A stretch of 46,417 bases of DNA from contig CBFFRP010000506.1 of NCBI GenBank assembly GCA_965644295.1, positions 1-46,417 of the forward strand, in the 5' to 3' direction. The position numbers were made by a program, and so were the translations under genes. The stretch is from Paraphysomonas bandaiensis (taxonomy: Eukaryota > Protista > Chrysophyceae). Shown piece by piece: positions 33,612 to 46,417 of this stretch. Numbering within the stretch: position 1 is the stretch's first letter; every line of letters begins with the position of its first letter. The notes below the pieces were generated by a model. That model ran no database searches and was not told the origin of the DNA. It saw only the letters and a program-made list of their open reading frames with translations.

Positions 33612-33841
33612 ATACAGGAGACACATACAGTGCACCATATAGCATAGGAAATTCCTACAGCCGAATTGCGTGTATACCGTATACATTTTTTTCGTCTACT
33701 GCTGACCTGCACTGGTATATACAGTGCTGTATACGGTGTGTATGATGTATGTGGAGTGAATGGAGGTTACTTGGACAATATGATAGTAGAGAGCCATGCA
33801 AATCATACTAGCATTGCATACATATATAGATAACTATAACA

Positions 33842-34643
33842 ATGAAGCGAAAACAGCCATCTAAATCCAACGAAGATCCAGAATATGCCACTGTAGAGTT
33901 CTGGAATCGTCGTCATGAAGACAAGAACGAGCACGAGTGGTATTTCTCTTATGAACATCTGAAGCCACTTATTAGTCAATGTACAACTGATACTAAGCAA
34001 GAGTTTCAATGCTTAGAGATTGGATGTGGATTTGCACCATTGATTCAAGGTATGTGGGAATTCGATGGAGTGGTATATGTTTAACGTGTGTGTGGTGTGT
34101 TGTGCAGGCATGGCTGCAGATATCACAGGACAATATTTTGGTATTGATTTTTCACCGAGCATCGTTAAGTCATTAGTTGAGAAGAATAACGTAAGCAATA
34201 TTACCTACGATACTATGGACGCAAGAGACTTACGCTATGATGACGACTCCATGGATCTTGTAATTGATAAGGGAACGATCGATGCCATGCTTTGTGCCGA
34301 AGAGTGGGCCGATAACGTGGATTCTATCATGAACAATATGTGCCGAGTACTTAGGCCCGGTGGCTCTATTCTACTAATCAGCCACATGGAGTACGAATCT
34401 TCTGAATTTCAGAGCATTCTGTCCGATATCTTGCTGCCAATTCTGACCGCGAAAGGGACATCGGTCTGTAAGTGGAGTGTAGAGGTTCACTGCTCGAAGA
34501 ATAATGCAACTGTTTATAAAATGGATTCAGTTCCTCGAAGAGTGACTCGCAGTTTAAGCACTGGCAGTTCTATACCGCCTGTCATTCAAGTTAGTGTCAT
34601 GGACTATGATAGTGATGAAGAAGAGGAGGATGACTCCAGCTAG
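33842..34643 (+). CDS. Class I SAM-dependent methyltransferase, EEF1AKMT4/METTL13 N-domain-like
   Basis: Two exons (intron 34050-34107). Motifs YATVEFWNRR, HEWYFSY, LEIGCG, GIDFS, MDARDL, DLVIDKGTIDAMLC, RVLRPGG. Confidence 0.9.
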
Positions 34644-36034
34644 TTGACAACTGAAACATTTAGAATTGCTGTATATTTTTTAATAATTAGTGCCACTGCC
34701 TTGCTTTTATATATTGTGATAATAGTGAACAAGTACTTCACGGGAGAGGAAACTAACATTAACTGAAGGAGCTTCTTTTTGATAGTACATATTTCAGTTA
34801 TTAGTGTATAATGTATAACATATCATTCTGGTAATGGCAAAGACATTCAGGAACATTACAGAATTATATATGCTATCGAAAAACAGACTCGAGTACTCTA
34901 CCATATTACATAGTAAATATTTCATAACTTGGCTCTACAGGAGTCCGCATCTTATTCTCTTGCCACCGCGAAAATTTTGAAGCCTATTATATTATTATAT
35001 ACGGTATATGTCATCATAGATAACTATTTATAAAAAACGCATAAGATAGATATAATATATCTCAGTATTATATACTGCAATTAAAGAGCACGAAAATTCT
35101 ACTGTGATCATATCTCTAAACCTTCGAAGAAAAGCTAAATACTTCCCTGCAACCTCCCAAGAGTATTTTATTCAACATACAATACAGTAGAAAGTATTAA
35201 TCATATATACAATGCAAGGCCAAAACAAGAAGATTTATATATTTTAATGAATTATTAAATTGATACATATTAGGCTACACCCCGAGGAGATAGACACAAA
35301 ACACTAAATTTATAAACCAAAGTGAATAGTGAAGAGATGCGTGATTCTTTTGAGATCAATTTCCTTCTTGATTCTATGTTGAGGAAGTACTGAGTGTGGT
35401 AATTGATGTGATCGTTAAATTTTTTAATTAACCGTAATTTCGGAGGTTGTATATAAGAAGTGGTGTGACTGGGGGTACGTCATGTATGTATATATACGTG
35501 ACGTATAAATCGACTGTCAAGTTGCCTCAGAAGAAACTTTCACTTTCCAAATTTATCACTTCATCTCCTGGGGGATTATAGACATATATTAGTACATGGA
35601 CTACGCATATTATATCAACACATATATAAACATACTGTGTATACGGTGTACAAAATCATAAAACTTACGTTTTGTTCAGTATTAAAATTGCAATTCCGCC
35701 AATTGAAGACCTGCGTGGTTGTGCATTCGGACTAAAAGTCCGTTTCCATAGTTCTTTCCAGCCACAAAAAACATATTGACTCCAGCACCTAGTCCCAAAA
35801 AGTCGATATAACTCACCGTGTCACGACGAGGATGGGAGTGAAGTACCGAACGTAGTTCCGTTTCGACGATGATGGATGCACCGTATACCTAACAATAGTC
35901 TTGCCAGCCACATGAAAAAATATTCTAATACCATATTTGAAAGAAAGAACTGACTGTTAAGTTGGCCCATTATTAGTCGTTTCAGATGTGAGTTTCGTCT
36001 CAGATTTCAGAAACTTTTCGAGTTCTAAAGTGCA

Positions 36035-36259
36035 TTAGAGAATATTAGGAACTCCAGATACATTAAGAGCATTAAGAAGTATGTGCGTATAACTTACTAT
36101 TCTCCTAGTAATATCACTGTTTATTTTTATAGAGGAAATAAGTTTATTAGTGGCTTTAGTTTGTTTTTGTAGTAACTCTGGAGGGAACGATGTGTTGTCT
36201 ATAGCTGCTAACAACTCACGTATATTATATCGAAGAGTCTGACATATATCATTCACCAT
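36035..36259 (-). CDS. Possible first exon of a small unresolved gene
   Basis: ATG-initiated helical-looking ORF containing a GTAAGT donor, divergent from the elongase. Further minus-strand donor-like sites lie near 35816 and 35668, but I could not build a convincing spliced frame. Confidence 0.25.
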   Translation of the reverse strand: MVNDICQTLRYNIRELLAAIDNTSFPPELLQKQTKATNKLISSIKINSDITRRIVSYTHILLNALNVSGVPNIL

Positions 36260-36604
36260 GATTGCTATAGATATGCTCTAGAAGGGTGATATTAGACAAG
36301 TTAGAAGGGGGTAGTAGTTCTTAACTCATCTATCCTGAATAGTTGTTAAGGTAGGAGTGGTTTTATTGTGGAATTATGCGTATTTTTAGATCTCTATAAG
36401 TGCCAGATTTCGAAAAAACGGTAGAAATATAAAAATATTAATATTTTCTAAAATAAAACTACTCTTTTTAGGAAATATAAATCATGTATCTAAATATCTT
36501 GACAGAGCGAGCCGAGCACGTTAATGAAGTAGCTACATGAGTGCTCATATATATATATATATATAGGAACATCACCTATAAAACAACAGCGTAAGGGGAA
36601 TAGC

Positions 36605-37371
36605 ATGATATCATTTCCAGATGATGTTGAGTTTTATATTATCAGTATATTCACTTTGTTTTTTATTGGATTACAGTATACAATTAATGTATATGAGTGG
36701 CAATGGCAGCATGCACAGTATATAGCCACTATGAAGGACAGGATATATGGTGTTGCATGTGGTCTATTTTGTATACTTGTTATACGGAAGTTAATATATA
36801 TCAATTACTGGGATTCATTTGAAGTTATCTCTTGTGGGACTGCACCTGATGAAATGTCTCCATTCTTTTATGTTTATTTCTTATCGCGTTTATGGGAAGG
36901 AATTGATATTGTTCTCATAATGCTCATGGGGTATCCGATTAATATGTGAGATCTCACTCGTTATTAACTTTCATACCTAACCAATTGTTTGTCAGGCATT
37001 TTTTAATTCATCATAATACCACACCACTCTTGTGCTATCTATTATGGAAATATCGCCCTATAAGCGGGTTAAACTTTATGATAGTCAATACTTTTCTCCA
37101 CTTCTGGTTATATTTGTACTTTGGAGGCTTTAAGCATGTCATTATTTTCTCGATTATTCGACTTGTGAGCCACGTACAGTTACTTATTGGTATACTGTGC
37201 TCTGTGATTTCAATGTGGCGACTCCATATCGAAGACAGTTTTTGCACGAGCAATCCGATAGCCGAAGCTTGTCAAATTGTCCTTTATGTTACATACTTTG
37301 TGTTGTTAAGGAAAGAAATTAACGATGAGAAAAAGTCTGTAAACACGGATATTTCAAAGAAATCAAGTTAG
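36605..37371 (+). CDS. Divergent GNS1/SUR4 (ELO) fatty-acid elongase family protein
   Basis: Intron 36946-36995 joins SRLWEGIDI (KxxExxDT-like) to HFLIHH (HxxHH) and NTFLHFWLYLYF (NxxxHxxMYxYY-like). Hydrophobic overall, with a C-terminal KKSS ER-retrieval-like end. Confidence 0.85.
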
Positions 37372-37504
37372 CCACTATCCCGTAGCTTTCGTATTCCGTG
37401 ATGATATGCACTTCTTTTCGACACGTGTTTTACCTTATTTGATAACTAGTAGTTTTGGGCGGCAAACAATTCATTTTGAACACTGTTCTGATTTATTTAT
37501 CGTT

Positions 37505-38747
37505 TCATTGGTTCAATTCAAATAAATTTAATAAATACTTTAGCAGGTCTTTTGACCACATCATACATAGAAATATCTGACTTGACACAGTAAGTAGAAC
37601 CAGCCCGACACTGCAGTCCCACATGTAAGACCAAACCGCAAAGAAGTACGTATTACATATACAGGTACATACCATACAAAAGAGGACATGAAACGCAGTA
37701 GTGCTAACTAGAGCCTCCTGAAGGTAAATATGCAGTGTGTCTATGGCAGATCTGCCTTGCCTACTATATGCCCAATCTTCAACTTCTTCCTCTTGAGAGG
37801 CACGCTCATCTTCATAATAAGCTGGGGCATACCCTAATTGCGCCTCAGATATCCCCGTACTACTAGGCCATGGCCACTGCCACCGGAATCCCTCACACCT
37901 CCCGCCCAGCTCTGGCGGTATTTCGCTATCATCTATGTGTTCCCGCAGAGTAGCAAGGAAGTCGCTCCCGACAATCTTTATTTTGTCCGCTGTGACAGGA
38001 TCTATCCAGTTCTTAACCATTGCCCAGGTCGCAGTAAAAAACCATCTAAACAAATATATAATATGTCAGATGAACAGGAAAAAGAAGGTGCCACTCACGG
38101 TGCATTTATCATGAAGAGGTACTGCAATCTTTCAGGATAATAAGCCTGATCTATGACGAGAGTGCGATGAAATGCGGCAAGGGCACGGGTGTCCAAGGAA
38201 TAGCTAAGATTCTTCAAGTCCATGATACACACCTGCTTTTCTATCATCTTATTGTGCGTTTTCGATATGTACTCCAGACGCCGCACCATTAGTTCCTGCT
38301 GTCGAATGTGTCGCATAACTAGTTCATCCACACTCAAAAATCGCGATATTTCCACAAATCGAGTTGATATCAGCCCTGTCTTCTCCCAATAAAGAGGACA
38401 ACCAGATCGAGCAGTCCCCATATTAGAATGCGGCATTAGCCTCTGGTAAATAAATTCTTTAGGGTCAGGAGAGTCCAAAATTGTGGCCGGTGTTGTATCA
38501 TCTCCACCAGGAATAGGGCTATCATAGGAACAAACCTTAAGTTCTCAAAAATAACATCAGAATTGTTCACACACCTGTTATACCACTTCCACCAATTCTC
38601 TGCCATTGTTGCTGCTTCGTGGGGATCCCATTTCCGTGCTCGTAGAAATCTTTTACAGTCCGATTCCGTTACGTGTTTTGAAACCTCAGTACTCAGCAAT
38701 CCTCTGAACACAGTGACTGCATCGGTCGATGCTACTTCATTCTTCAT
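37505..38747 (-). CDS. CRAL-TRIO/SEC14 lipid-binding protein with hydrophobic C-terminus
   Basis: Three exons (introns 38519-38574, 38046-38098). Motifs RFLRARKWD, IMDLKNL, QAYYPERL...INAPWFF, IDPVTADKI, IPPELGG. Confidence 0.93.
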
Positions 38748-39235
38748 TAATAAACAAACGTCAAAATCTTTTGTGTTGTATGGGCAGATACGCTGAAAGT
38801 AATTGTGGAATGTTTACAGATCATTGGCATGTGAGATGGCTGATAGATAGATCCTGTATATCATATGATACGTAACGGTATATAGTCCACATACACGTAC
38901 ATGTCTAGTACATATGGTGGTGTGCAGAGATGTATACTACTCTATACAGAGTACAGCAGCAGGCGTACGTATGTACACCTCTTTGTTGTAAAGGGTATAC
39001 ATGGTATACAGAGTGTATATATGACGGTCAGACAATGAAGAGGAATGAACGGATTGTAGATATACATACACTACTGTACTGCTACGTATACAAATCCTAC
39101 ATATACATACATACATACATACATATGAACTCTCGTAGTATACTTGCCATATATATCACCTCCATAATTAACCAAACAATACTGTACCCATTATACTAGA
39201 TATTGTGAATCAAATTGATTCCCTTGTGCAAGCAT

Positions 39236-41663
39236 ATGTCGCGTGCACCTCAGGTGAAGAACAGGGCCCCTGCACCCATTCAAATCACAGCTGAACAATT
39301 ATTAAGAGAAGCAAAAGAAAGACAACTCGAAGATCAACAGAGAGCACCAAAACAATATATTGCTGATAATGAAGAACTTCAACAATATCGACAAGGTAAA
39401 AGAAAAGATTTTGAAAATCAAATTAGACGACAGAGGCATTTAATTGGAGTATGGTGCAAATATGCATTATGGGAAGCATCTCAAAAAGAATTTATTCGAG
39501 CACGATCTGTGTTTGAACGTGCATTAGAAGTAGATTATCGTAATCAAACAATATGGTTTAAATATGCGGAAATGGAAATGAAAAATAAATTCATTAATCA
39601 TGCCCGTAATATTTGGGATCGTGCTGTATCCCTATTGCCGAGGGTTGATACATTCTGGTACAAATATTCCTATATGGAGGAGATGGTGGGAGCAATCGAT
39701 GAAGCTAGACAAGTGTTCGAACGGTGGATGAAATGGGAGCCAGATGATATGGGTTGGGCGGCATATATAAAGTTTGAAATGCGTCAAGGGGAGATCAAGC
39801 GAGCGCGGGCCATATATGAGAGGTGAGTTATTTGCGTAGTGGCTTGTCTGTACTGATATGGTGTAAATTCAGGTACATTGCCTTGCTGCCTACTTGTCGG
39901 TCGTATCTGAAGTACGCTCGTTGGGAGGAGCACCAGGGGTCCAGAGAGAAAGCTAGGGAGGTATACGAGAGGGCACTAGGAGGGGAGTTACCTCCTGAAG
40001 AACAGAAGAAGCAGCTCTTGGTGAGTTTCGCGCGCTTCGAGGAACGCTGCAAAGAGTACGAACGGGCCAGGTTTCTCTATTTTGAATATAGTGAAATGGT
40101 ATTGACGCATTGTGTAGGGTCATATTTCAATACGCCATAGAGCAGGCGGGTGATTCCCCCGAGGCCGAGGACTTGAAGACCGAGTTCACCGCCTTCGAGA
40201 AGCGACACGGAGATAGGGAGGGCATTGAGGATGTTATTATAAACAACAGGCGGGATGAGTATGAGAAGAAGCTTGAGGAAGAGCCCTACAACTACGACAC
40301 CTGGTTTGACCTTATAAGGTGTGCACTTTCTCTGTCCCTGCGAGTTGCTGTAATGGATGTGGTGTTGCAGGTTAGAGGAAGCAGAAGTCGAAGGTAGCGC
40401 CCCCGGCAGTGAAGTGAGAAGCCGTGCCGTGTCTCGCGCTAGAGAGGCTTACGAAAGGGCAGTTGGAAAGCTTCCGCCGCTTTTGGAGAAAAGGTACTGG
40501 CGGCGATACATATATCTATGGATAGGGTACGCTGTGTTCGAAGAGCTTCTAGCAGGAGGACGAATGGAGGAGGATGGAAAGGAGCTTTCGGGTATAGACT
40601 GCGCCCGCGCCGTGTACAAGGAGTGTTTAAGGGTGATTCCGCACAAGAAGTTTACTTTTGGCAAGATATGGCTGAATGCTGCCCACCTTGAAGTGCGAGC
40701 TCGTGACTTGAGTGCAGCCAGGCGACTACTAGGACAGGCCATTGGAATGTGTGGTAAAGAAAACATATTTAAGGGATATATCGAGCTGGAGCTTCAGTTA
40801 GGAGAAGTGGAACGGTGTCGAGTTATATACGGAAAATACCTTGAGTTTATGCCCCATAATTGCACTGCTTGGATGGCTTTTGCTCAACTCGAAGTTAATG
40901 TCGGGGAGACCACGAGAGCAAGGTGTGCATCGTCTTTATGAGTTTTATATTTGTCTTAGTGTATGTGCAGGGCGATATATGAGTTGGCCATCTCTCAACC
41001 TGAGCTAGATATGCCAGAGGTGGGCGTTTATAAAAATATTTCTGTCTTCTAATATACGGTGGTGTGGTGTAGATGCTCTGGAAGGCTTACATTGACTTTG
41101 AAATTAGTGAAAGGGAGGCTGACAAAGTGCGGGATCTCTACGCTAGGCTTCTGGACCGTACAAACCACGTCAAGGTCTGGATATCTAGTGCACAGTTTGA
41201 AGCATCTGAGCTTGGGGGCGGACTGGAGGCATCCCGGCGAGTATTCAACGACGGGTAAGTCAGAACAGTTCATAATTGTACGTGTAACTCTTCGTGTAGG
41301 TATGCGGCGCTTAAGGCTGATGGACTTAAAGAAGAACGCGTTTTGCTGTTGGAAGCATGGAAAACTGTGGAGAGCGAGCAAGTGGATTCCGGCGGAGATC
41401 CACAAAGCATTGAGCAAAAGATGCCTCGCAAGATCAAAATGCGTCGTATGTCAACAGCAGAAGGAGCCGAAGGTGAATGGGAAGAGTATTATGACTACCA
41501 CTTCCCTGATGATGAGAAGAATATCGCTGGCATTAAGATTCTGGAGAACGCAATGAAGTGGAAAAAAATGCAGGAAGCTGCTGCCACCTCATCTACAGAT
41601 GATAGTAGCAGCATGCTCCGAAAGCGTAAGGCAGAGTCCGAAGGGGAAACAGATGAAACATGA
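39236..41663 (+). CDS. CRNKL1: Crooked neck / Clf1 / Syf3 HAT-repeat pre-mRNA splicing factor
   Basis: [70 protein letters not shown]; several ~50-nt GT-AG introns. Confidence 0.97.
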
Positions 41664-42168
41664 TAATAGGAAATTTATACGGTTGTGCACTCGTGGCATT
41701 GGTGTATTGCACTTCTAGTTCAGCTGTGAGTGTAGTAGTAACACAATAATAATGCCATCATTCGACTACAACTTTTGATTATATATATATATACAACACA
41801 GTACTCGCTACACATTTCAAATTGTTTTTCCGAAACGTAACGCACATCGTAATTTGTTTCATTGTTGTCCAGAATCTATGCTGCCCCTATATACTACGTT
41901 ATTCATAAACTGTTTATCGTGCTTCAAATTTACACGCCACTGAAGACACTGACTAGCAATTGAAATCAAACAGGTTCTATCGTATTCTATATATGTAATG
42001 TGTACGCCTCCGCATGAATAATGTAGACGTCAAATTTAGAGGTTCTATTTACGCGAGTCCAGTTGAGAGTAGTCATTAGTATTTTATGAAAATGTAAAGT
42101 TCTTATTTAACGTATATTACACCCGAACTAAATCACGCAATAGACAGCTAATCAAACACCACTATGTC

Positions 42169-43142
42169 CTACTTATGTGTAGCTTTGTCTCTTAAGCCAT
42201 CATAAGACCTTGCTGTGTCAGGGGCCTTACTTGGTTCAAAAGACATATGCTTGCAAAAACAATTACGCTCCACCTGAAGGCATTCGAATCCGTTATTCTC
42301 CAATATATGCTGCTTAGCTCTGTCCTTTTCTTTGTCCAGCATATCGCATTCCATGACAACCGCGCTGACATGCAACTCACTAAAGTCCGTACCCTGCAGC
42401 ACTGACAACTCAGCACCCTCCACGTCAAGAATCCATATGTCGATGTGACGCAGATTGATTTCGCGCATGAGTCGCTTCATTTGTACGCACTGTACCGTTG
42501 CAAGGTCTTCAAGACGAGTAATGTTGTTGTAAATCTTTTTATGCCACTTTCGGAGGAAGGCTGGCGACATGAACTCCACAAACCCTTGAATCTGCCCCCC
42601 ATCGTCGTTTGTATAGTGAAGCATTTTAGTTTCACTACAGAGTGCAGCATTTATATTAATACCACTCTCTCTATTTCGGACAAGCTTATAAAAATTTCTT
42701 GGGTCAGCCTCTACAAGCTAATATTAGCATTAAAACTTAACATATATATCAACTCACCCACGTGCACCGTATTCCAATGCGCAAAATGTTCAAACATAAA
42801 TGTTGTTGAATATTTAATACCATCTAATGCACCTGATTCCAATATTACCCCATTAGTCATCCCATGAAACCAATTCTCATATAGCCATATATCCTCATTA
42901 TCTTGTGCTCGACTAAGTTTCGTATATTTATTACTCTGTGCAATCTCATCAGAATATACTGGTGATGTTGTTCTCCATATTCTTGAATTATCAGCAAATA
43001 AATCATATGGAAAATTAATTTTTAATGCATTAACTCGTTTAGAGGGTTGTTTAACTTGAGGCCTTCCTCTTTGTCGATTCTCTCTTTGAGCAAAGCATGT
43101 TAATATTAATGTTAATAAAAAGAAATATTTAATTGAGTTCAT
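42169..43142 (-). CDS. FkbM-family methyltransferase with N-terminal signal/anchor
   Basis: Intron 42711-42757. Motifs AQDNEDIWL, GVILESGALDG..YSTT..FE...W..VHVEADP, IDIWILDVEGAELSVLQGTDF. Confidence 0.9.
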
Positions 43143-43431
43143 ATATGAATATGTGATTAATGGTATAGATGAGAATTAGATTGTGTTCAATATGTAATAT
43201 GATATATATATATATGTATGTATGTGTGTAAGCTATATGGAGATTGCTGGATAGATATGCACATGTATGTATAGAGACAGCCATATACAGTACATCACAT
43301 ATGGAGAGGATGTCCCTACAACACTCCTCTGCATGTCATCATATGGCACACAACACCAAGACCACAGATGTAATATGCCCTATTTTATACTAAAACCTTT
43401 CATTTTTGAATTATAAATACTAAAAGTAGGA

Positions 43432-43673
43432 TTTTATAGCATATTGTTTACGAAAATGTAGTCTATATATGGAAATCCTCCTTGTGCAAGTACACTCTGG
43501 ACAAGGACACTCTATGGCATGGCTGAGTATCTATATAGGTTGCAAGAGTAAGAGTAGATGTAGAGCACGTAAGCCTATCTAGATGTGATTAATGTGTTAT
43601 AAGCTCTGTAAGGGTACTGTATATAGGTTGGGTTTATCCTGTAGAGAGGTGTGAAGCAAGACTAGTTCCAACA
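43432..43673 (+). mobile_element. Candidate 242-bp solo LTR of a second family
   Basis: Ends TTCCAACA, flanked by TAGGA at 43427-43431 and 43674-43678. Internal TATATAGGTTG occurs twice, and composition differs from the AT-rich flanks. Confidence 0.5.
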
Positions 43674-44402
43674 TAGGATTCATTTTTGATTCTCAATACA
43701 AGCCTGTGGAGGAAAGGCGGGATATATTATGTAGTAATAGCTCGAACATGCAGCTGGTACATAATTACCTTCGGTGGCTCTAGGCATGGATTTCAAAAGA
43801 TCATCATGCATTTACAATGTACCAGAATCTTCCATGCAGTCAGGAAGAGTACTAGAAATATTTGATCCTTATCAAGAAGACTGAAAGCAAGTAATGTACA
43901 TAAATAATAAGACTCTTTACTTTTTTTTGGACTGCTTATGTTGCAATAGGTCAATAGGTAGTTCATACTGGAATTCATCTTATTGTTTTGCATACTGTCA
44001 GAATTGGAAGTTACTATCACATTGTGCTCAACTATTGTCTGAATGTACTAAAAAGTGATAAACTGATGAAACATCAACATTTTTAAGTTTTCATTTTATA
44101 TGCTCTAGAATGACGAGATTATTTCGAGTACTTGTGTGTGAATGAGATTTCATCGGTAACCAAAATTATTTGCTTCCTCTACTCTAGTTCCGGAATGGTG
44201 AAGGATGTCACTTCCAACCAGGGATATATATCGCACCTCCAAACTGTTGCTGTGCCACATAAAAGCATACTGAAAATGAATAATCTTCTTAAATTTAAAT
44301 TTTGTCACATATCAATAATGTTAGCTACCAAAACAGGCAGCACAGAGAAGAACAGCACTCACCAATTCCAACAGTGTGTGATTTCTACATCTTACTAATG
44401 CT

Positions 44403-45705
44403 TCACGTACGCCTGTTTCCTTCCTCTCCAATGAGATCTGCCAAACTCCCGCGGAAGATATCAATATTGTAATCCAACAACGAGCGTTTCGAAAAACTAT
44501 CCACGTGCATAATGCAAACGAGGGCCAGATAATCGCTGACTTGTCTCAAGTACAGTACCATTCCATTGTTGAGACGAATGGCGGACGTACTCCTGTCATC
44601 ATATGCAGTTTTACCATCTGTCATTCCATAAATGTAGGAAATGTCGACAACTACATCCAACAAGTCCGAGCAGAGCTCGTACGTATGTGCATCTACTGGA
44701 GTTGAGTCTGTGGCAATATAGAGCTTTGTGATTACGTCCACGATGAATGATTTTTCGATATTACAGCTGCACAGCATGTTACAAAACGAGATACATACGC
44801 ATAATCCTACCATGCAATGAGAACATCGAGTAGACTGTTCAAAGTTGGGAGCTGTGGAACCAGCTTTTGCACAACCTACCCAAAATGTACAGATTAACAA
44901 TCAAGTTGAAATATTACGTATTCATACCTTGCTAAAAGCCTCTAGCGCACTGTGATCATAAATAGATGTAAGATAGTAGCTCACAAGCACGTCCCCATTT
45001 CCTTTTTCTGACAGCTCCGCAGATACAAACGACTGTATACCCTACGCAAACATATGATCAGCCAACCATTATTGACGTAAGATTCAGGTACTAACCTGTT
45101 TTCTCTCTGCTTTCGTTTCTTCCGACATAAAATCTCCATCAACTTTATGTAAAAATACTTCAAAGTGAATGCTTGGATTGGCGTTATGAGCCACAGATAT
45201 AGTTTCCGCCAATTTAGGTAAGGAATCTTCATAATCATCTTCTTGAGCGTCAATGACATACACGAGCGTGTTACTCTTTTTAAATATTGTTTCAAAAGAT
45301 ATATCATTCCCCATATACTGTACATCTGTAGATAGATTAAGGTCTCCTCCAAAGTCCCAAGTCTGGAATTGTACAAGCCGATTACTCAGTGTATTGTTTA
45401 TGTCACAGCTATTAGTTGCTTCCAGAAATAGAGTTTCATGTGGCGACATATTTTGAAAAATAACTCGATCAATACTGGTTTTACCAGATCTACAGACTTG
45501 TTAATTGTAGTTCGGATGATATATTATCATACCTTCTAGGCCCCATAAACAAAATGCGAGTGGTACCATCTTTAGTGGCTTCTTCATATGACACTTTTCG
45601 GGAATTTCCTAATATTGAACCTACAAAAGAATTTTAGTGTATCTGTAGTAATATTATGCAAATATGGGGTTATATACCTCCGTTCCAATTGTTTATTCCA
45701 TCCAT
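44403..45705 (-). CDS. GTR2: Rag C/D small GTPase (Gtr2-like, TORC1 signalling)
   Basis: Multi-exon. RILFMGPRRSGKTSI..VIFQNMSPHETLFLE, WDFGG, LVYVIDAQ, FEVFLHKVDG, TSIYDHSALEAFSK, KLYIATDSTPVD..TYELCSD, LLDYNI. Confidence 0.96.
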
Positions 45706-46018
45706 TGTAATATAGAGTGTATGGGATATAAATTAAAACAGTTGTGTTCGAGGTAAAAGTCTCTAGAAAAGACTAGTGTAATGATTCGTGATGTTGATGG
45801 ATTACCCTGTCTCTAAGAGATAGTCTGTGTGATGTACAGATTGTACTAAGTGTTGTTTATTTTGTGTCTTTAAATATACTATGCACTAAGCTGTGATAGG
45901 GAGCCAATATGTATGGTACGTATATATGCGCGTGTTCAATCATATAGCATGCCTACATGTCTAGATGTTGGGTGTTCCATGTGGTTTGGTATACCGCTGT
46001 AGATGTACGGAATACCAT

Positions 46019-46417
46019 TGTATGTATGTATGTATGTATGTATGTATGTATGTATGTATGTATGTATGTATGTATGTATGTATGTATGTATGTATGTATG
46101 TATGTATGTATGTATGTATGTATGTATGTATGTATGTATGTATGTATGTATGTATGTATGTATGTATGTATGTATGTATGTATGTATGTATGTATGTATG
46201 TATGTATGTATGTATGTATGTATGTATGTATGTATGTATGTATGTATGTATGTATGTATGTATGTATGTATGTATGTATGTATGTATGTATGTATGTATG
46301 TATGTATGTATGTATGTATGTATGTATGTATGTATGTATGTATGTATGTATGTATGTATGTATGTATGTATGTATGTATGTATGTATGTATGTATGTATG
46401 TATGTATGTATGTATGT
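46019..46417. repeat. Perfect (TATG)n microsatellite, ~100 copies, running off the window end
   Basis: Directly visible. Confidence 0.99.

Noticed and set aside
33236-33712. Tyr/Cys/Val-rich ORFs on both strands here, and similar ones at 6760, 7119 and 38930
   Set aside because: Translations of low-complexity TA/TG/TGTAC promoter sequence.

Overview
Eukaryotic genomic DNA, gene-dense, with short (~45-70 nt) GT-AG introns and the standard code. The PSxQP/REJ giant protein and RRL motifs suggest a stramenopile, possibly chrysophyte-like (inference). The window opens exactly on a young, full-length Ty1/copia LTR retrotransposon (1-5463). Its unusual traits are TA...CA termini, a Gag start inside the LTR, gag and pol in different (+1) frames, a DTC protease motif and an extra domain after integrase. 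Next come a mitochondrial 2-oxoglutarate/dicarboxylate carrier and a giant ~6,934-aa polycystin-1-like surface protein gene (7428-28885). That gene has an 18.25-kb first exon containing two near-identical 2.94-kb REJ/EGF modules around an ~11-kb combinatorial 12-bp (PSGQ-type) array, followed by 12 tiny introns. The 29.2-30.7 kb intergenic stretch holds a probable truncated poly(A) retroelement and an unexplained, densely base-paired ~440-nt segment that may be a structured RNA. The rest comprises a PDZ-like protein, an EEF1AKMT4/METTL13-like methyltransferase, a divergent ELO elongase, a CRAL-TRIO protein, crooked neck, an FkbM methyltransferase, a candidate solo LTR, a RagC/D GTPase and a terminal perfect (TATG)n tract. 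All calls come from manual reading; no searches were run.
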